Origin: Gemmobacter sp.
Lineage (GTDB): Bacteria > Pseudomonadota > Alphaproteobacteria > Rhodobacterales > Rhodobacteraceae
Assembly: GCF_016792925.1 (NCBI RefSeq)
Contig: NZ_JAEULU010000278.1
Location: 1-60,389 of the forward strand
Length of the DNA stretch: 60,389 nt
Direction: 5' to 3'
A program made the position numbers and the translations under genes. Positions 28,703-38,290 of this stretch are shown here, piece by piece. The notes beneath the pieces are model-generated. The model searched no databases. It had not been told where the DNA came from and saw nothing but the letters and a program-made list of their open reading frames with translations. Position 1 is the first letter of the stretch; every line of letters begins with the position of its first letter.

Positions 28703-29812
28703 ATGACCAACACCCCCGACAGCGCGCCTGTCGATGAACGCATCCGCGCCGAGCCGCTGGTGGCCCGCCTGATGAAACGGCCCGAACTGGGGGCCATTGC
28801 CGGGTTGGTGCTTGTCACCGGCTTCTTTCTGGCCACGGCGAGCGAGGCGATGTTCTCGCTCTCTGGTGTGCTGAACTTTCTCAGCCCGGCTGCGCAGCTT
28901 GGCATTCTGGCCATCGCGGCCTCTCTTTTGATGATCGGCGGCGAGTTTGACCTGTCGATCGGCTCCATGGTGGCCTTTGCCGGCATGATCTTTGGCGCCT
29001 GTGTCGTCAATCTGGGGCTGCCGCTGATCCTGTCCATTCCGCTGACGCTGGTCTTCGCGGCGCTGATCGGGGCGGCCAATGGCCTGATCGTGCTGCGCAC
29101 GGGCCTGCCCTCCTTCATCGTCACGCTGGCGGGGCTGTTCATGCTGCGCGGCCTCTCGCTGGTCGGCCTGAAATGGCTGACCGGCGGCTCGACCCAGCTG
29201 CGCGGCATCCGCGAGGCGGTGGCGGAAGACCTGCTGACGCCGCTGTTTTCCGGCGATGCCTTTGGCGGGCTGTTTGCCGGGCTGGCACAGGCGGGGCTGA
29301 TCGACAGCTTCCCCAATGGCGCGCCCAAGGTGCCGGGCATTCCGGTGGAAATCCTGTGGTTCATCGGGCTGGCTCTGGCCGCCACTTGGGTCTTGCTGCG
29401 CACCCCGGCGGGCAACTGGATTTTTGCCGCCGGGGGCGATGCGACGGCGGCCTCCAATTCCGGGGTGCCAGTGCGCAAGGTGAAAATCGCGCTGTTCATG
29501 CTGACCGCCGCCTGTGCCGCCCTGCTGGCCATCATGCAGGTGATGGATGCCGGATCGACCGATGCGCGCCGTGGCTTTCAGAAGGAATTCGAGGCGATCA
29601 TCGCCGCCGTCATCGGGGGCTGCCTGCTGACCGGCGGGTATGGGTCGGCCATCGGGGCCTTCTTCGGCTCGGTCATCTTCGGGATGGTGGTCATCGGCCT
29701 AACCTATAACGGCTTCGATCAGGATTGGTTCCAGGTGTTTCTGGGCGGCATGCTGTTGCTGGCCGTGATCTTCAACAATGCCATCCGCAAACGTGTGACG
29801 GGAGAGCGCTGA
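28703..29812 (+). CDS. inositol-type ABC permease
   Basis: RPELG, GEFDLSIG, PSFIVTL, GNWIFAAGGD, LTGGYGS. Confidence 0.92.
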   Translation: MTNTPDSAPVDERIRAEPLVARLMKRPELGAIAGLVLVTGFFLATASEAMFSLSGVLNFLSPAAQLGILAIAASLLMIGGEFDLSIGSMVAFAGMIFGACVVNLGLPLILSIPLTLVFAALIGAANGLIVLRTGLPSFIVTLAGLFMLRGLSLVGLKWLTGGSTQLRGIREAVAEDLLTPLFSGDAFGGLFAGLAQAGLIDSFPNGAPKVPGIPVEILWFIGLALAATWVLLRTPAGNWIFAAGGDATAASNSGVPVRKVKIALFMLTAACAALLAIMQVMDAGSTDARRGFQKEFEAIIAAVIGGCLLTGGYGSAIGAFFGSVIFGMVVIGLTYNGFDQDWFQVFLGGMLLLAVIFNNAIRKRVTGER

Positions 29813-29813
29813 G

Positions 29814-30593
29814 ATGTCGGACCCCATCATCAGGCTGGACAGTATCGAAAAGCACTTCGGCAATGTGATCGCGCTGAACGGTGTCAGTTTCGATGTGCGC
29901 CCGGGCGAATGCCATTGCCTTCTGGGCGATAATGGCGCGGGCAAATCGACCTTCATCAAGACCATGTCCGGCGTGCATCGCCCGACCAAGGGCACCATCA
30001 CCTTCGAGGGGCGCCCCATGAGCTTCGCCTCGCCCCGCGCGGCGATGGAGGCGGGCATCGCCACGGTGTTTCAGGATCTGGCGATGATCCCGCTCATGGC
30101 GGTCAGCCGCAACTTCTTCATGGGGCGCGAGCCGACCCGGGGCTGGGGGCCAACCCGCCGCATCGACCTTGCGCAGATGAACGCGGTGACCATGGCAGAG
30201 ATGCGCAAGATGGGCATCAACCTGCGCGGCCCCGATCAGGCCGTGGGCACCCTGTCGGGCGGCGAGCGGCAGACGGTGGCGATTGCGCGCGCTGTGCATT
30301 TCGGCGCCAAGGTGCTGATCCTGGACGAGCCGACCTCTGCGCTTGGGGTGCGGCAGACGGCGAATGTGCTGGCCACCATCGACAAGGTGCGCGCGCAGGG
30401 CGTGGGCGTCGTCTTCATCAGCCATAATGTGCGGCATGCCATGGCGGTGGGGGATCGCTTCACCGTGCTGAACCGGGGCAAGACGCTGGGCACCGCCGCC
30501 CGGGGCGAGATCACCTCGGAACAGTTGCAAGACCTGATGGCGGGCGGGCAAGAGCTGGCCCGGCTGGAAAGCACATTGGGCGGCACGGTCTGA
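29814..30593 (+). CDS. sugar ABC ATPase
   Basis: GDNGAGKS, LSGGERQ, LDEPTSALG. Confidence 0.93.
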   Translation: MSDPIIRLDSIEKHFGNVIALNGVSFDVRPGECHCLLGDNGAGKSTFIKTMSGVHRPTKGTITFEGRPMSFASPRAAMEAGIATVFQDLAMIPLMAVSRNFFMGREPTRGWGPTRRIDLAQMNAVTMAEMRKMGINLRGPDQAVGTLSGGERQTVAIARAVHFGAKVLILDEPTSALGVRQTANVLATIDKVRAQGVGVVFISHNVRHAMAVGDRFTVLNRGKTLGTAARGEITSEQLQDLMAGGQELARLESTLGGTV

Positions 30594-30607
30594 TCAAACC
30601 TCTCCCC

Positions 30608-30666
30608 GCCGGAACCCCCTCCACGGTTCCGGCCCCGGGTGGCCCGGTCCCCCGGCCGGGCCACCC
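30608..30666. repeat. two adjacent GC-rich intergenic hairpins
   Basis: GCCGGAACC/GGTTCCGGC (30608-30633) and GGGTGGCCCGG/CCGGGCCACCC (30637-30666). Confidence 0.7.
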
Positions 30667-30700
30667 CCTATTTCCCTGTTTCTGCCTGAAGGATCTGCCG

Positions 30701-31474
30701 ATGACTTTCCCGCTTGCGGCCTGCGCCGAAATGCTGTGGCGCGACAAACCGATCGACTGGCGCGCCGCGCGCCTGAAGGAGATGGGCTTTGGCGTCGGCC
30801 TGTGGAACTGGCCCGCCCATGACCTTGCCGCGCTGGAGCGCACGGGCGCCAGCTTCACCATCATGAATGGCTATCTGGAGGGCCGTCTGGCCGATGCCGA
30901 GGGCGCCGAGCGGCTGCTGGCTTCCGCGCGCGAGACGGCTGCGGTGGGCAAGCGTCTGGGTGTGCAGCGGCTGAACCTGCATGGCACCGGCCTCGGCGAT
31001 CAGGGCATCCCGATCCCGCGCATCGGCTCGCATGCCCCCGGCGCCGAGCAGCGCGCCCGCGACACGCTGCACCGCATCTGCGATCTGGCCGAGGAGATGG
31101 GCGTGGTCTTCACGCTGGAGAACCTGAACCCGATTGATCACCCCGGCTGCCCCTTCGGCTCCACCGCTGCCGTGCTGTCGCTGGTCTCGGCGGTCAACCG
31201 CCCGCAACTGCGCATCAATCTGGACCTCTACCACACCCAGATCGGCGAGGGCGACCTGATCCGCTGGTGCGAGGCCTGCCTGCCCTGGATCGGCGAGGTG
31301 CAGGTGGCCGACAATCCGGGCCGCTGCGAGCCGGGCAGCGGCGAGATCAATTACCGTGCCATCGCGCTGGCGCTGAAGGCCATGGGCTATGCCGGTCCGG
31401 TGGGGATGGAGGCCTTTGCCCAAGGCACGGCAGAAGCCGCGCTGGAGGCCTTCCGCGCAGCCTTCACCGTCTAG
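30701..31474 (+). CDS. hydroxypyruvate-isomerase-like TIM-barrel protein (possible inosose isomerase)
   Basis: LENLN..DHPG, DLYHTQI.EG, VQVADNPGR.EPGSGEINY, GY.G.VGME. Confidence 0.85.
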   Translation: MTFPLAACAEMLWRDKPIDWRAARLKEMGFGVGLWNWPAHDLAALERTGASFTIMNGYLEGRLADAEGAERLLASARETAAVGKRLGVQRLNLHGTGLGDQGIPIPRIGSHAPGAEQRARDTLHRICDLAEEMGVVFTLENLNPIDHPGCPFGSTAAVLSLVSAVNRPQLRINLDLYHTQIGEGDLIRWCEACLPWIGEVQVADNPGRCEPGSGEINYRAIALALKAMGYAGPVGMEAFAQGTAEAALEAFRAAFTV

Positions 31475-31510
31475 GAAAACCAGGCGGCGCTGATCTGCCG
31501 CCCGCGCCAC

Positions 31511-31552
31511 AGACGCGGCGCCCCGGCCCCGATCCGGGCGCCGCGTCTTTTT
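31511..31552 (+). terminator. rho-independent terminator ending the iolG operon
   Basis: 13-bp stem AGACGCGGCGCCC/GGGCGCCGCGTCT followed by a T run. Confidence 0.75.
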
Positions 31553-31686
31553 CTTGAAACCGGGCCGCCATCCGGTCAAGATGACGCATCTGCCAATGCG
31601 AGGCGGCCCGTCACCGCGGGCGGTCCCCCAGGGCAGCCGTTCCGCCAGTATCCGTTCCACCTGTGTCAGTGTGTCAGGAGCCCGCC

Positions 31687-32799
31687 ATGATGACCCGTCG
31701 TTCCCTGGTCCGTGGCTCTGCCGCTGTCGCGGGCCTTGGCCTGCTGGCGCCGGGCCCGGCACGGGCGCAGCGGGTGCAAGGCTCGGCCCGGGCCGCAGGC
31801 TTTTATGCCCCGATTGAAACCGAACCGCACGAGCGCAGCTTCCTGCAATGGCCGGTGAACACGACCATTCATGACGACCCCGATTTCCTGCATGATCTGC
31901 AAGGCACCATCGCCACGATCGCCAACACGATTGCCGCGTTTGAACCCGTCGTGCTGATGGCCGCGCGCGCACATCACAAGGCGATCAGACGCCGCGTCTC
32001 GGCCGAGGTCGCGCTGTGGGACATTCCGACAGATGATCTGTGGTGCCGCGACAGCGGCCCGTCTTTCGTGGTCGATGGCAAGGGCGGCCTTGCGGTGACC
32101 CAATTCAACTTGAATGGCTGGGGCGGCAAGCAGACCCATGCGCAGGATGGCCAGATCGCCGCGCGGGTGGCCGAACGACTGGGCCTGCCGGTGTTTGACC
32201 GGGGGCTGGTGGGCGAGGCCGGCGGGGTGGAGACCGATGGCAAGGGCACGCTGATCGCGCATGAAAGCAGCTTCATCAATCCCAATCGCAATCGCGGCTC
32301 CAAGGCCGAGATCACCGCCATGCTGCTGGAGACGATGGGCGCCGAAACGGTGATCTGGGCTCCCGGCATCAAGGGCGCCGACATCACCGATTACCATATC
32401 GACGCGCTGGCGCGCTTTGTCAGGCCGGGCGAGGTGCTGATCCAGATCGGTGCGGCGGTGGACCCGGACGATCCATGGTCGGTCGCCGCCTTTGAAACCC
32501 GCGAGAGGCTGGCCGCCGCCACCGATGCCCGAGGCCAGCGGCTAAAGCTCGTGCAACTGCCCGAGCCGCAGGACATCCGGGTCGACAGCCCCGATTTTGT
32601 CTCCTCCTATGTGAATTACTATGTCTGCAACGGCGCAGTGATCGCAGCAGGCTTTGGCGATGCAGAGGCCGATGCCGAGGCCGCAGACACGCTGGCCCGC
32701 CTTTACCCCGACCGCGAAATCATCCTGCTGAACATCGACCCGCTGGGCGAGGTGGGGGGCGGGATCCACTGTGCCACCCATGAACAACCCAAGGTGTGA
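31687..32799 (+). CDS. agmatine deiminase / peptidylarginine deiminase family protein with Tat signal
   Basis: DLWCRDSGP, TDYHID, SYVNYY and GGGIHCAT (catalytic Cys). N-terminus TRRSLV, hydrophobic stretch, ARA cleavage site. Confidence 0.88.
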   Translation: MMTRRSLVRGSAAVAGLGLLAPGPARAQRVQGSARAAGFYAPIETEPHERSFLQWPVNTTIHDDPDFLHDLQGTIATIANTIAAFEPVVLMAARAHHKAIRRRVSAEVALWDIPTDDLWCRDSGPSFVVDGKGGLAVTQFNLNGWGGKQTHAQDGQIAARVAERLGLPVFDRGLVGEAGGVETDGKGTLIAHESSFINPNRNRGSKAEITAMLLETMGAETVIWAPGIKGADITDYHIDALARFVRPGEVLIQIGAAVDPDDPWSVAAFETRERLAAATDARGQRLKLVQLPEPQDIRVDSPDFVSSYVNYYVCNGAVIAAGFGDAEADAEAADTLARLYPDREIILLNIDPLGEVGGGIHCATHEQPKV

Positions 32800-32802
32800 C
32801 GC

Positions 32803-33246
32803 TTGCGCAACTGGCTGATCCGGAACGCCCAACCCCTTGAAGCGCTTGGCGCCATCGCCACGGCCTTCGCCGCCCTGACCGCGCTGGTGGTGATCCCCTA
32901 TCAGGTGGCGCAGGCCGACCGCATCCAGCGCGACCAGACCGCCCGCGAAATCTATCGCGAGTTTCTCAGCCTGACGGTGCAGAAACCCGAACTGGCCCGC
33001 GCCGATTACTGCGCCCTGAAAGACCCTGCGCAGATCACCGCCTATGAGGCCTATGTCGAATATCTCGCCTATACGGCCGAGCAGATGATCGGCACCTCTC
33101 CGCAGTGGCGCGGTCCGATGGCCAGCTATCTCTCGGATCACAAACCCTATCTTTGCGGCCCCGATGTCTGGGACGCGAATGGCGATCTTGCGGCCCTTCT
33201 GGGGGATCTGGGCGTCATCTGCGCTGCCGCAGACCGCTGCCCATAG
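32803..33246 (+). CDS. hypothetical protein with one N-terminal TM helix
   Basis: TTG start 3 nt after the deiminase stop; GC3-biased codons and a natural amino-acid composition; no family recognised. Confidence 0.65.
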   Translation: MRNWLIRNAQPLEALGAIATAFAALTALVVIPYQVAQADRIQRDQTAREIYREFLSLTVQKPELARADYCALKDPAQITAYEAYVEYLAYTAEQMIGTSPQWRGPMASYLSDHKPYLCGPDVWDANGDLAALLGDLGVICAAADRCP

Positions 33247-33327
33247 CCGTTCCTATTCCCGCCGAAATACCCTATGGCAGCAGGGCGGCCCTGCCGCGCC
33301 TCCTCCCTGCTGCACAAGGATCTTGCG

Positions 33328-34209
33328 GTGACAGATTCCCCATTGGCCCAAGGTCTTGGCCTGCAAAACGGCACGCTCTGGTTTGATCTGGCCGACCGGG
33401 TGACGGGCGCGGTGCGGCGGGTGTTTCTCTGGGTGCCGCCGGGCGAGGCTCCGTCCGGGGGCTGGCCCTCGCTGACCCTGCTGGATGGCAATGCGGTGAT
33501 TGCCACGGCGGTGGATGCGATGCGGGCGCAGGCCTTTTACCCCTCGGGCACCAATCTGGGCTGGGGCGTGCTGATCGCGGTGGGCTATCCCACTGATGAC
33601 GCCTATGACCCCTTCCGCCGCAGCTGGGATCTGGGGCCGCCGCCGGGCGCCACCTATCCGCCATTCTGGCCCGATACGCCGCCTGTGAAAACCGGCGGCG
33701 GGGCCGAGATGGCGCGCTTTTTGCTGGAGGATCTGCGCGCGGCTCTCGCGCCCCGCGTGGCGCTGGACTGGTCGCGCGCCGGGCTGTTTGGCCATTCCTT
33801 CGGCGGGTTGTTCGCGCTGTGGCTGTTGTTCACCCGGGCCGATGCCTTTCAGCACTGGGTGGCGGCCAGCCCGGCAATCACCTGGGAGGACAGCTTTTTG
33901 CTGGCGCATCAGGCCGGGTTCGTGCCCAAGGCCCCGGCGCGGGTGCTGCTGTCGGCGGGGGAGTGGGAGGGTGACCAGCTCGCGCCGTTTCAGATTGGTG
34001 CCGAGGATGCCGCCAAGCGGCTGGCCGACAAGGCCACCACCCGCACCATCGCCGCCGCGCAGGATATGGCCGCCGCGCTGGACGCCCTGCCGGGCGTGAC
34101 CGCGCGATATGAGACCTATGCGGGTGAAACCCATATGTCGGTCCTGCCGGTGGCCGTGAACCGGGCGCTGCATTGGGTGTTCGGGCTGGATCAAGGCCCT
34201 GCGCTATAA
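33328..34209 (+). CDS. IroE/BesA-like alpha/beta-hydrolase (siderophore esterase)
   Basis: LLDGN, AVGYP, R..DL, GHSFGG nucleophile elbow, SPAI, ETH. Start moved to GTG 33328 after AAGGA. Confidence 0.85.
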   Translation: MTDSPLAQGLGLQNGTLWFDLADRVTGAVRRVFLWVPPGEAPSGGWPSLTLLDGNAVIATAVDAMRAQAFYPSGTNLGWGVLIAVGYPTDDAYDPFRRSWDLGPPPGATYPPFWPDTPPVKTGGGAEMARFLLEDLRAALAPRVALDWSRAGLFGHSFGGLFALWLLFTRADAFQHWVAASPAITWEDSFLLAHQAGFVPKAPARVLLSAGEWEGDQLAPFQIGAEDAAKRLADKATTRTIAAAQDMAAALDALPGVTARYETYAGETHMSVLPVAVNRALHWVFGLDQGPAL

Positions 34210-34971
34210 CCCTTTCGGCAGGATCACCGGGCCGCCATCGGGCAGGCTTTGGCGGGTAAAGCCGATGCCGAAGGTGGCCTGCAAGGGGGCCTCGGCCAGC
34301 ACCGCCTCGGGCGGGCCAGCCGCCACCAGCTGCCCCGCCCGCAGCGCCAGAACGTGATCGCAGATCCGCGCCGCGATGGTCAGATCATGCAGGATCATCA
34401 CCACCGCGCGGCTTTGCGACAGGCGGCGCAGCAGGGCGACCAGCTCGGCCTGATGCGGCAGATCGAGGAAGTTCAGCGGCTCGTCCAGCAGCACCGTGCC
34501 GCAATCCTGCGCCAGAACCAGCGCGATCCAGGCGCGCTGGCGCTGCCCGCCCGACAGCGCCTCCAGCGGGTGATCCGCCAGATCCGACAGGCCCACATCG
34601 GCCAAGGCCTGCGCGACTGCGGCACGATCGGCCCGCGCCATGGGCTGAAACGGGCGCAGCCAGGGCGTGCGGCCCCGCGCCACCAGCTGCGCCACGCTGA
34701 GGCCTGGCGGGGCCAGCGCGCTTTGCGGCAACAGCGCGATGCGGCGCGCGCGCGCCTTGGGCGCCAGCCCCGCCACCGCCTGCCCCTGATGCAGCACCCG
34801 TCCCGTCTCGGGGCGCAAGACCCCGGCCAGACAGCGCAGCAGGGTGGATTTGCCGCAGCCATTCGGGCCGATGATCCCGGTGATGCCTCGCGCGGGCAAG
34901 CTGGCGCTGATGCCGCGCAGCACTGGCTTGCCGCCAAGCGCCAGCGTCAGGGTTTCAATCGTGAACGGCAT
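34204..34971 (-). CDS. iron-siderophore ABC ATPase (FecE/FhuC-like)
   Basis: GPNGCGKST, LSGGQRQRAWIA, LDEP..FLD. Confidence 0.92.
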   Translation of the reverse strand: MPFTIETLTLALGGKPVLRGISASLPARGITGIIGPNGCGKSTLLRCLAGVLRPETGRVLHQGQAVAGLAPKARARRIALLPQSALAPPGLSVAQLVARGRTPWLRPFQPMARADRAAVAQALADVGLSDLADHPLEALSGGQRQRAWIALVLAQDCGTVLLDEPLNFLDLPHQAELVALLRRLSQSRAVVMILHDLTIAARICDHVLALRAGQLVAAGPPEAVLAEAPLQATFGIGFTRQSLPDGGPVILPKGL

Positions 34972-35932
34972 GCCCGCCTCCCTCGCGGCGCGCCGCCCGG
35001 CGCACCACCCAAATCAGCACCGGCGCCCCGATCAGCGCGGTGTAAAGCCCGGTCGGCAGCAATGCGGCGGGGGCGAGGCTGCGCGCCAGCAGGTCGGCCA
35101 GCGTGACAAAGCCCGCCCCGATCAGCCCCGCCGTCCCCGGCGCAGGCCGCCCGCCTTGCCACCAGCGCGCCACCGGCCCGGCGGCCAGCGCCACAAAGCT
35201 CATCGGGCCGCACAGCGCCACCGCCCCCGCCGCCAGCAGCGCCGCCCCAAGGCCAAGGCCAGCGCGCAGCGCCCCCACCCGCAGGCCAAGCGCGCGCGCC
35301 ATGTCATCGCCCATCTCCAGCCGGTCCAGCGCACGACCCGCCAGCACCAGCGGCAGCGCCAGCGGCAACAGCCACAGCGCATGCGCCACCTGGCCCCAGC
35401 CCGCACCATTCAGCGTGCCGCTCAGCCACAGCATCGCCATGGCCGCCGTGCCATCGCCCGCGCGCAGGATCAGCGCCTCGGTCCCGGCGGCGGCCATCAG
35501 CGCAAGGCCCAGCCCCTGCAACACCACCGCGCGCGGGGCGAGGCCCTCGCGCGGATGGGCGGCCAGCCAGCCAAGCGCCAGCAGCACCGCCAGCCCTCCG
35601 GCCCAGGCGCCGGGCAGGGGGGGCAGCCCCGCCACCAGCGCCGCCACCGCGCCAAAGGCCGCGCCCTGCGTGACGCCGATCACATCGGGCGAGGCCAAGG
35701 GGTTGCGCAGCAGCGATTGCACCACCGCCCCCGACAGGCCAAAGGCAAAGCCCACCACCAGCCCCACCGCCACGCGCGGCAGGCGCAGAGACCACACCAT
35801 CCGGCCCGCCCCCTCTGGCCCCGCCAGCAAGGCCTGCGCCAGCTCGCCCGGCGCCATCCATGTGCGCCCGGCGGCCAGCGCCAGCAGCACCAGCGCGAGC
35901 AGCGCCCCGATCAGCGCCAGCCCCCGCCTCAT
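34955..35932 (-). CDS. FecCD-family siderophore permease
   Basis: LRLPR, LRNPLASPDVIG, MGDDMARALG. The true start is ATG 35932 inside the longer track ORF (ATGA overlap). Confidence 0.88.
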   Translation of the reverse strand: MRRGLALIGALLALVLLALAAGRTWMAPGELAQALLAGPEGAGRMVWSLRLPRVAVGLVVGFAFGLSGAVVQSLLRNPLASPDVIGVTQGAAFGAVAALVAGLPPLPGAWAGGLAVLLALGWLAAHPREGLAPRAVVLQGLGLALMAAAGTEALILRAGDGTAAMAMLWLSGTLNGAGWGQVAHALWLLPLALPLVLAGRALDRLEMGDDMARALGLRVGALRAGLGLGAALLAAGAVALCGPMSFVALAAGPVARWWQGGRPAPGTAGLIGAGFVTLADLLARSLAPAALLPTGLYTALIGAPVLIWVVRRAARREGGGHAVHD

Positions 35933-36918
35933 GCCGCGCCCGCCCGCAGCATCCGCCGCACCAGCGCCATGAAGACCGGCGCGCCGATCAGTGCCAGCAC
36001 GATGCCCAAAGGCAGCTCGGCCGGGCGCGGCAGGCGGCGGCCCGCCAGATCGGCCAGCAGCGTGACCAAGGCCCCCAGCGGCGCCGCCGCCAGCACCTGT
36101 GCCGCCAGCCCCGCCGCCTTGGGCAGCACCCACCGCGCCAGATGCGGCGCGATGAGCCCGACGAAGCCCACCGGCCCCGCCAGCGCGACCGAGGCCCCGG
36201 CCAGACAGGTGATCGCCAGCAGCGCCCCCGCCGCCGCCCGCGCCGGATGCACGCCAAGCGCCCCGGCCAGCTCGGCGCCAAGGCCAAGCGCCTCGATCTG
36301 CCGCGCCACCAGCAGCGCCAGCCCCAGCCCGAACCCCGCCAAAGGCGCCATCCACGCCAGCATCGCCACATCGGCCATCGACAGCGAACCGACCATCCAG
36401 AAGCGATACACCCCGCGCGCCTCGGGGTTCAGCAGCACGACCAGCGCCACGATCGCCATGCACAGGCTGGAAAAGGCCGCCCCCGCCAAGGGCAGGCGCA
36501 GCGTGGTGTCGCCCGCCCCGGCCAGCCCGCGCACCAGCACCGCCGCCCCGGCCGCGCCCAGCAGAGCAAGGCCCGCCAGCCCAGCCGGGGCCAGCGGCCC
36601 GGCGCAGTAAAGCCCCGCCACCACTGCCAGCGCGGCCCCGGCATTCACCCCTGTCAGCCCCGGATCGGCCAGCGGATTGCGGGTCAGCGCCTGCATCATC
36701 AGCCCGGCCACCGCCAGCGCCGCCCCCACCAGCACCGCCGCCCCGGCCCGCGGCACGCGCATCTCGCGCAGAATCGCCAGCGTCGGGTCTTGGCCGCCGC
36801 GCAGTGCCTGCCAAACCGCCCCCGCCGGATAATCCTGCGCGCCAAGCGCCAGCGCGGCAAAGCCCGCGCCGGCCACCAGCAGCCACAGCAGCGCCAGCCG
36901 GGGCGCAAGACCTGTCAC
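35929..36918 (-). CDS. FecCD-family siderophore permease
   Basis: MRVPR, TRNPLADPG, GPVGFVGL. Start estimated at GTG 36918. Confidence 0.85.
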   Translation of the reverse strand: MTGLAPRLALLWLLVAGAGFAALALGAQDYPAGAVWQALRGGQDPTLAILREMRVPRAGAAVLVGAALAVAGLMMQALTRNPLADPGLTGVNAGAALAVVAGLYCAGPLAPAGLAGLALLGAAGAAVLVRGLAGAGDTTLRLPLAGAAFSSLCMAIVALVVLLNPEARGVYRFWMVGSLSMADVAMLAWMAPLAGFGLGLALLVARQIEALGLGAELAGALGVHPARAAAGALLAITCLAGASVALAGPVGFVGLIAPHLARWVLPKAAGLAAQVLAAAPLGALVTLLADLAGRRLPRPAELPLGIVLALIGAPVFMALVRRMLRAGAA

Positions 36919-37119
36919 GACGGGAAAGGGCGAAGCGGGCAAGGCGCAAACTCGGTTCGGGAATTGCGGCTGGCGTCGGGCTTGCCTTTTCCCCTCCTTG
37001 CCGGGACGGGGCGGCGCGGTCAAGACGGCTTGACCCCGCCGCCCCCGCCGGATAGCCCGCAACAGCCCAGCCAGACCGCCCCCAGCGGCAGCCAAGCGCC
37101 CCCAATTCATGGTGCGCCC

Positions 37120-38094
37120 ATGCTGTTTCGCCTGATCCTGCCGCTGCTTTTGTGCCTTGCGCCCGCCGCGCTGGCCGAGCCGGTCACCCTGCGCCATGGC
37201 TTTGGCGAAACCACGCTGGACCCGGCGCAGGTCACCCGCATCGTCTCGGTCGGCTATCACGAGCAGGATTTCCTCTATGCCCTCGGCCTTGCGCCGGTCG
37301 GCGTGCATGACTGGTTTGGCGATCACCCCTATGCCACCGGCCCCTGGGCCGAGGCCGCCCGGCAGGCCGTGGCCGCCACGCCCGAGGTGCAGAAGGGCTT
37401 CGAGATCGACGTGGAATGGGTCTGGTCGATGGAGCCGGATCTGATCGTGGCCAGCTTTGCCCCGATGGATGCGCAAACCTATGCGCTGCTGTCGGAAATC
37501 GCCCCGGTGGTCGGCCCGCCCGAGGGCTATCCGGCCTGGGGTGCGCCTTGGGAGGCCGAGCTGCGCCTGATCGCCCAAGCCACCGGGCGCGCGGCGCAGG
37601 CCGAGGCGGTCATCACCGGGGTTTCCGCCAAGATCGACGCGGCGGTGGCGGCGCATCCGGGGCTGCGCGGCCTGTCGGGCACGGCGGCCTATTTCAACGA
37701 CGGCCAGGCCATCGGCTATCGCAGCCATGACGGGGTGAACCGCCTGCTGGCGCAGATCGGCATCGCCACGCCGCCTGTGTTTGACACGATGGTGAATGAG
37801 GGCGGCCTGTTCTCGGTCAGCCCCGAGCGGCTGGATCTGTTTGATCTCGATGTGCTGCTCTGGCTGGTCGAGGCGCCCAAACGCCCCGGAATCGAGGCGC
37901 TGCCAAGCTGGCGCACCCTGCGGGTCGCGCGCGAGGGCCGCGCGATCTGGGCCAGCCCCGAGATGATGGGCGCCATGAGCTTTCAATCGCCGCTGTCGAT
38001 CAGCTGGGCGCTGGACCGGCTGCTTCCCCTTCTGGTTGCAGCGGCGGATGGTGATCCGGCCACAGGCGCCAACAGTCTGCCAAAACAGCCCTGA
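37120..38094 (+). CDS. iron-siderophore periplasmic binding protein
   Basis: Signal peptide MLFRLILPLLLCLAPAALA, H.FGET, RIVSVG, ALGLAPVG, EPDLI. Start ATG 37120. Confidence 0.88.
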   Translation: MLFRLILPLLLCLAPAALAEPVTLRHGFGETTLDPAQVTRIVSVGYHEQDFLYALGLAPVGVHDWFGDHPYATGPWAEAARQAVAATPEVQKGFEIDVEWVWSMEPDLIVASFAPMDAQTYALLSEIAPVVGPPEGYPAWGAPWEAELRLIAQATGRAAQAEAVITGVSAKIDAAVAAHPGLRGLSGTAAYFNDGQAIGYRSHDGVNRLLAQIGIATPPVFDTMVNEGGLFSVSPERLDLFDLDVLLWLVEAPKRPGIEALPSWRTLRVAREGRAIWASPEMMGAMSFQSPLSISWALDRLLPLLVAAADGDPATGANSLPKQP

Positions 38095-38290
38095 ATCCGG
38101 GCCATAAGGCGGCGTCACGGCTTGACTCCCGCCCCGCCGCTTCGCACAACCGCGCCACCCAGGCAGCACGCGCTCTCCCGTGCCACCCCGGCAGGAACCG
38201 GGGCGTGCCATCGCGCGCGTCCCACGGATTTTCAAGCTGCGCCCCCGGCCCCTCCGTCTCGCCGCGCCGCAGCTCTGCCATGGACCTGTC

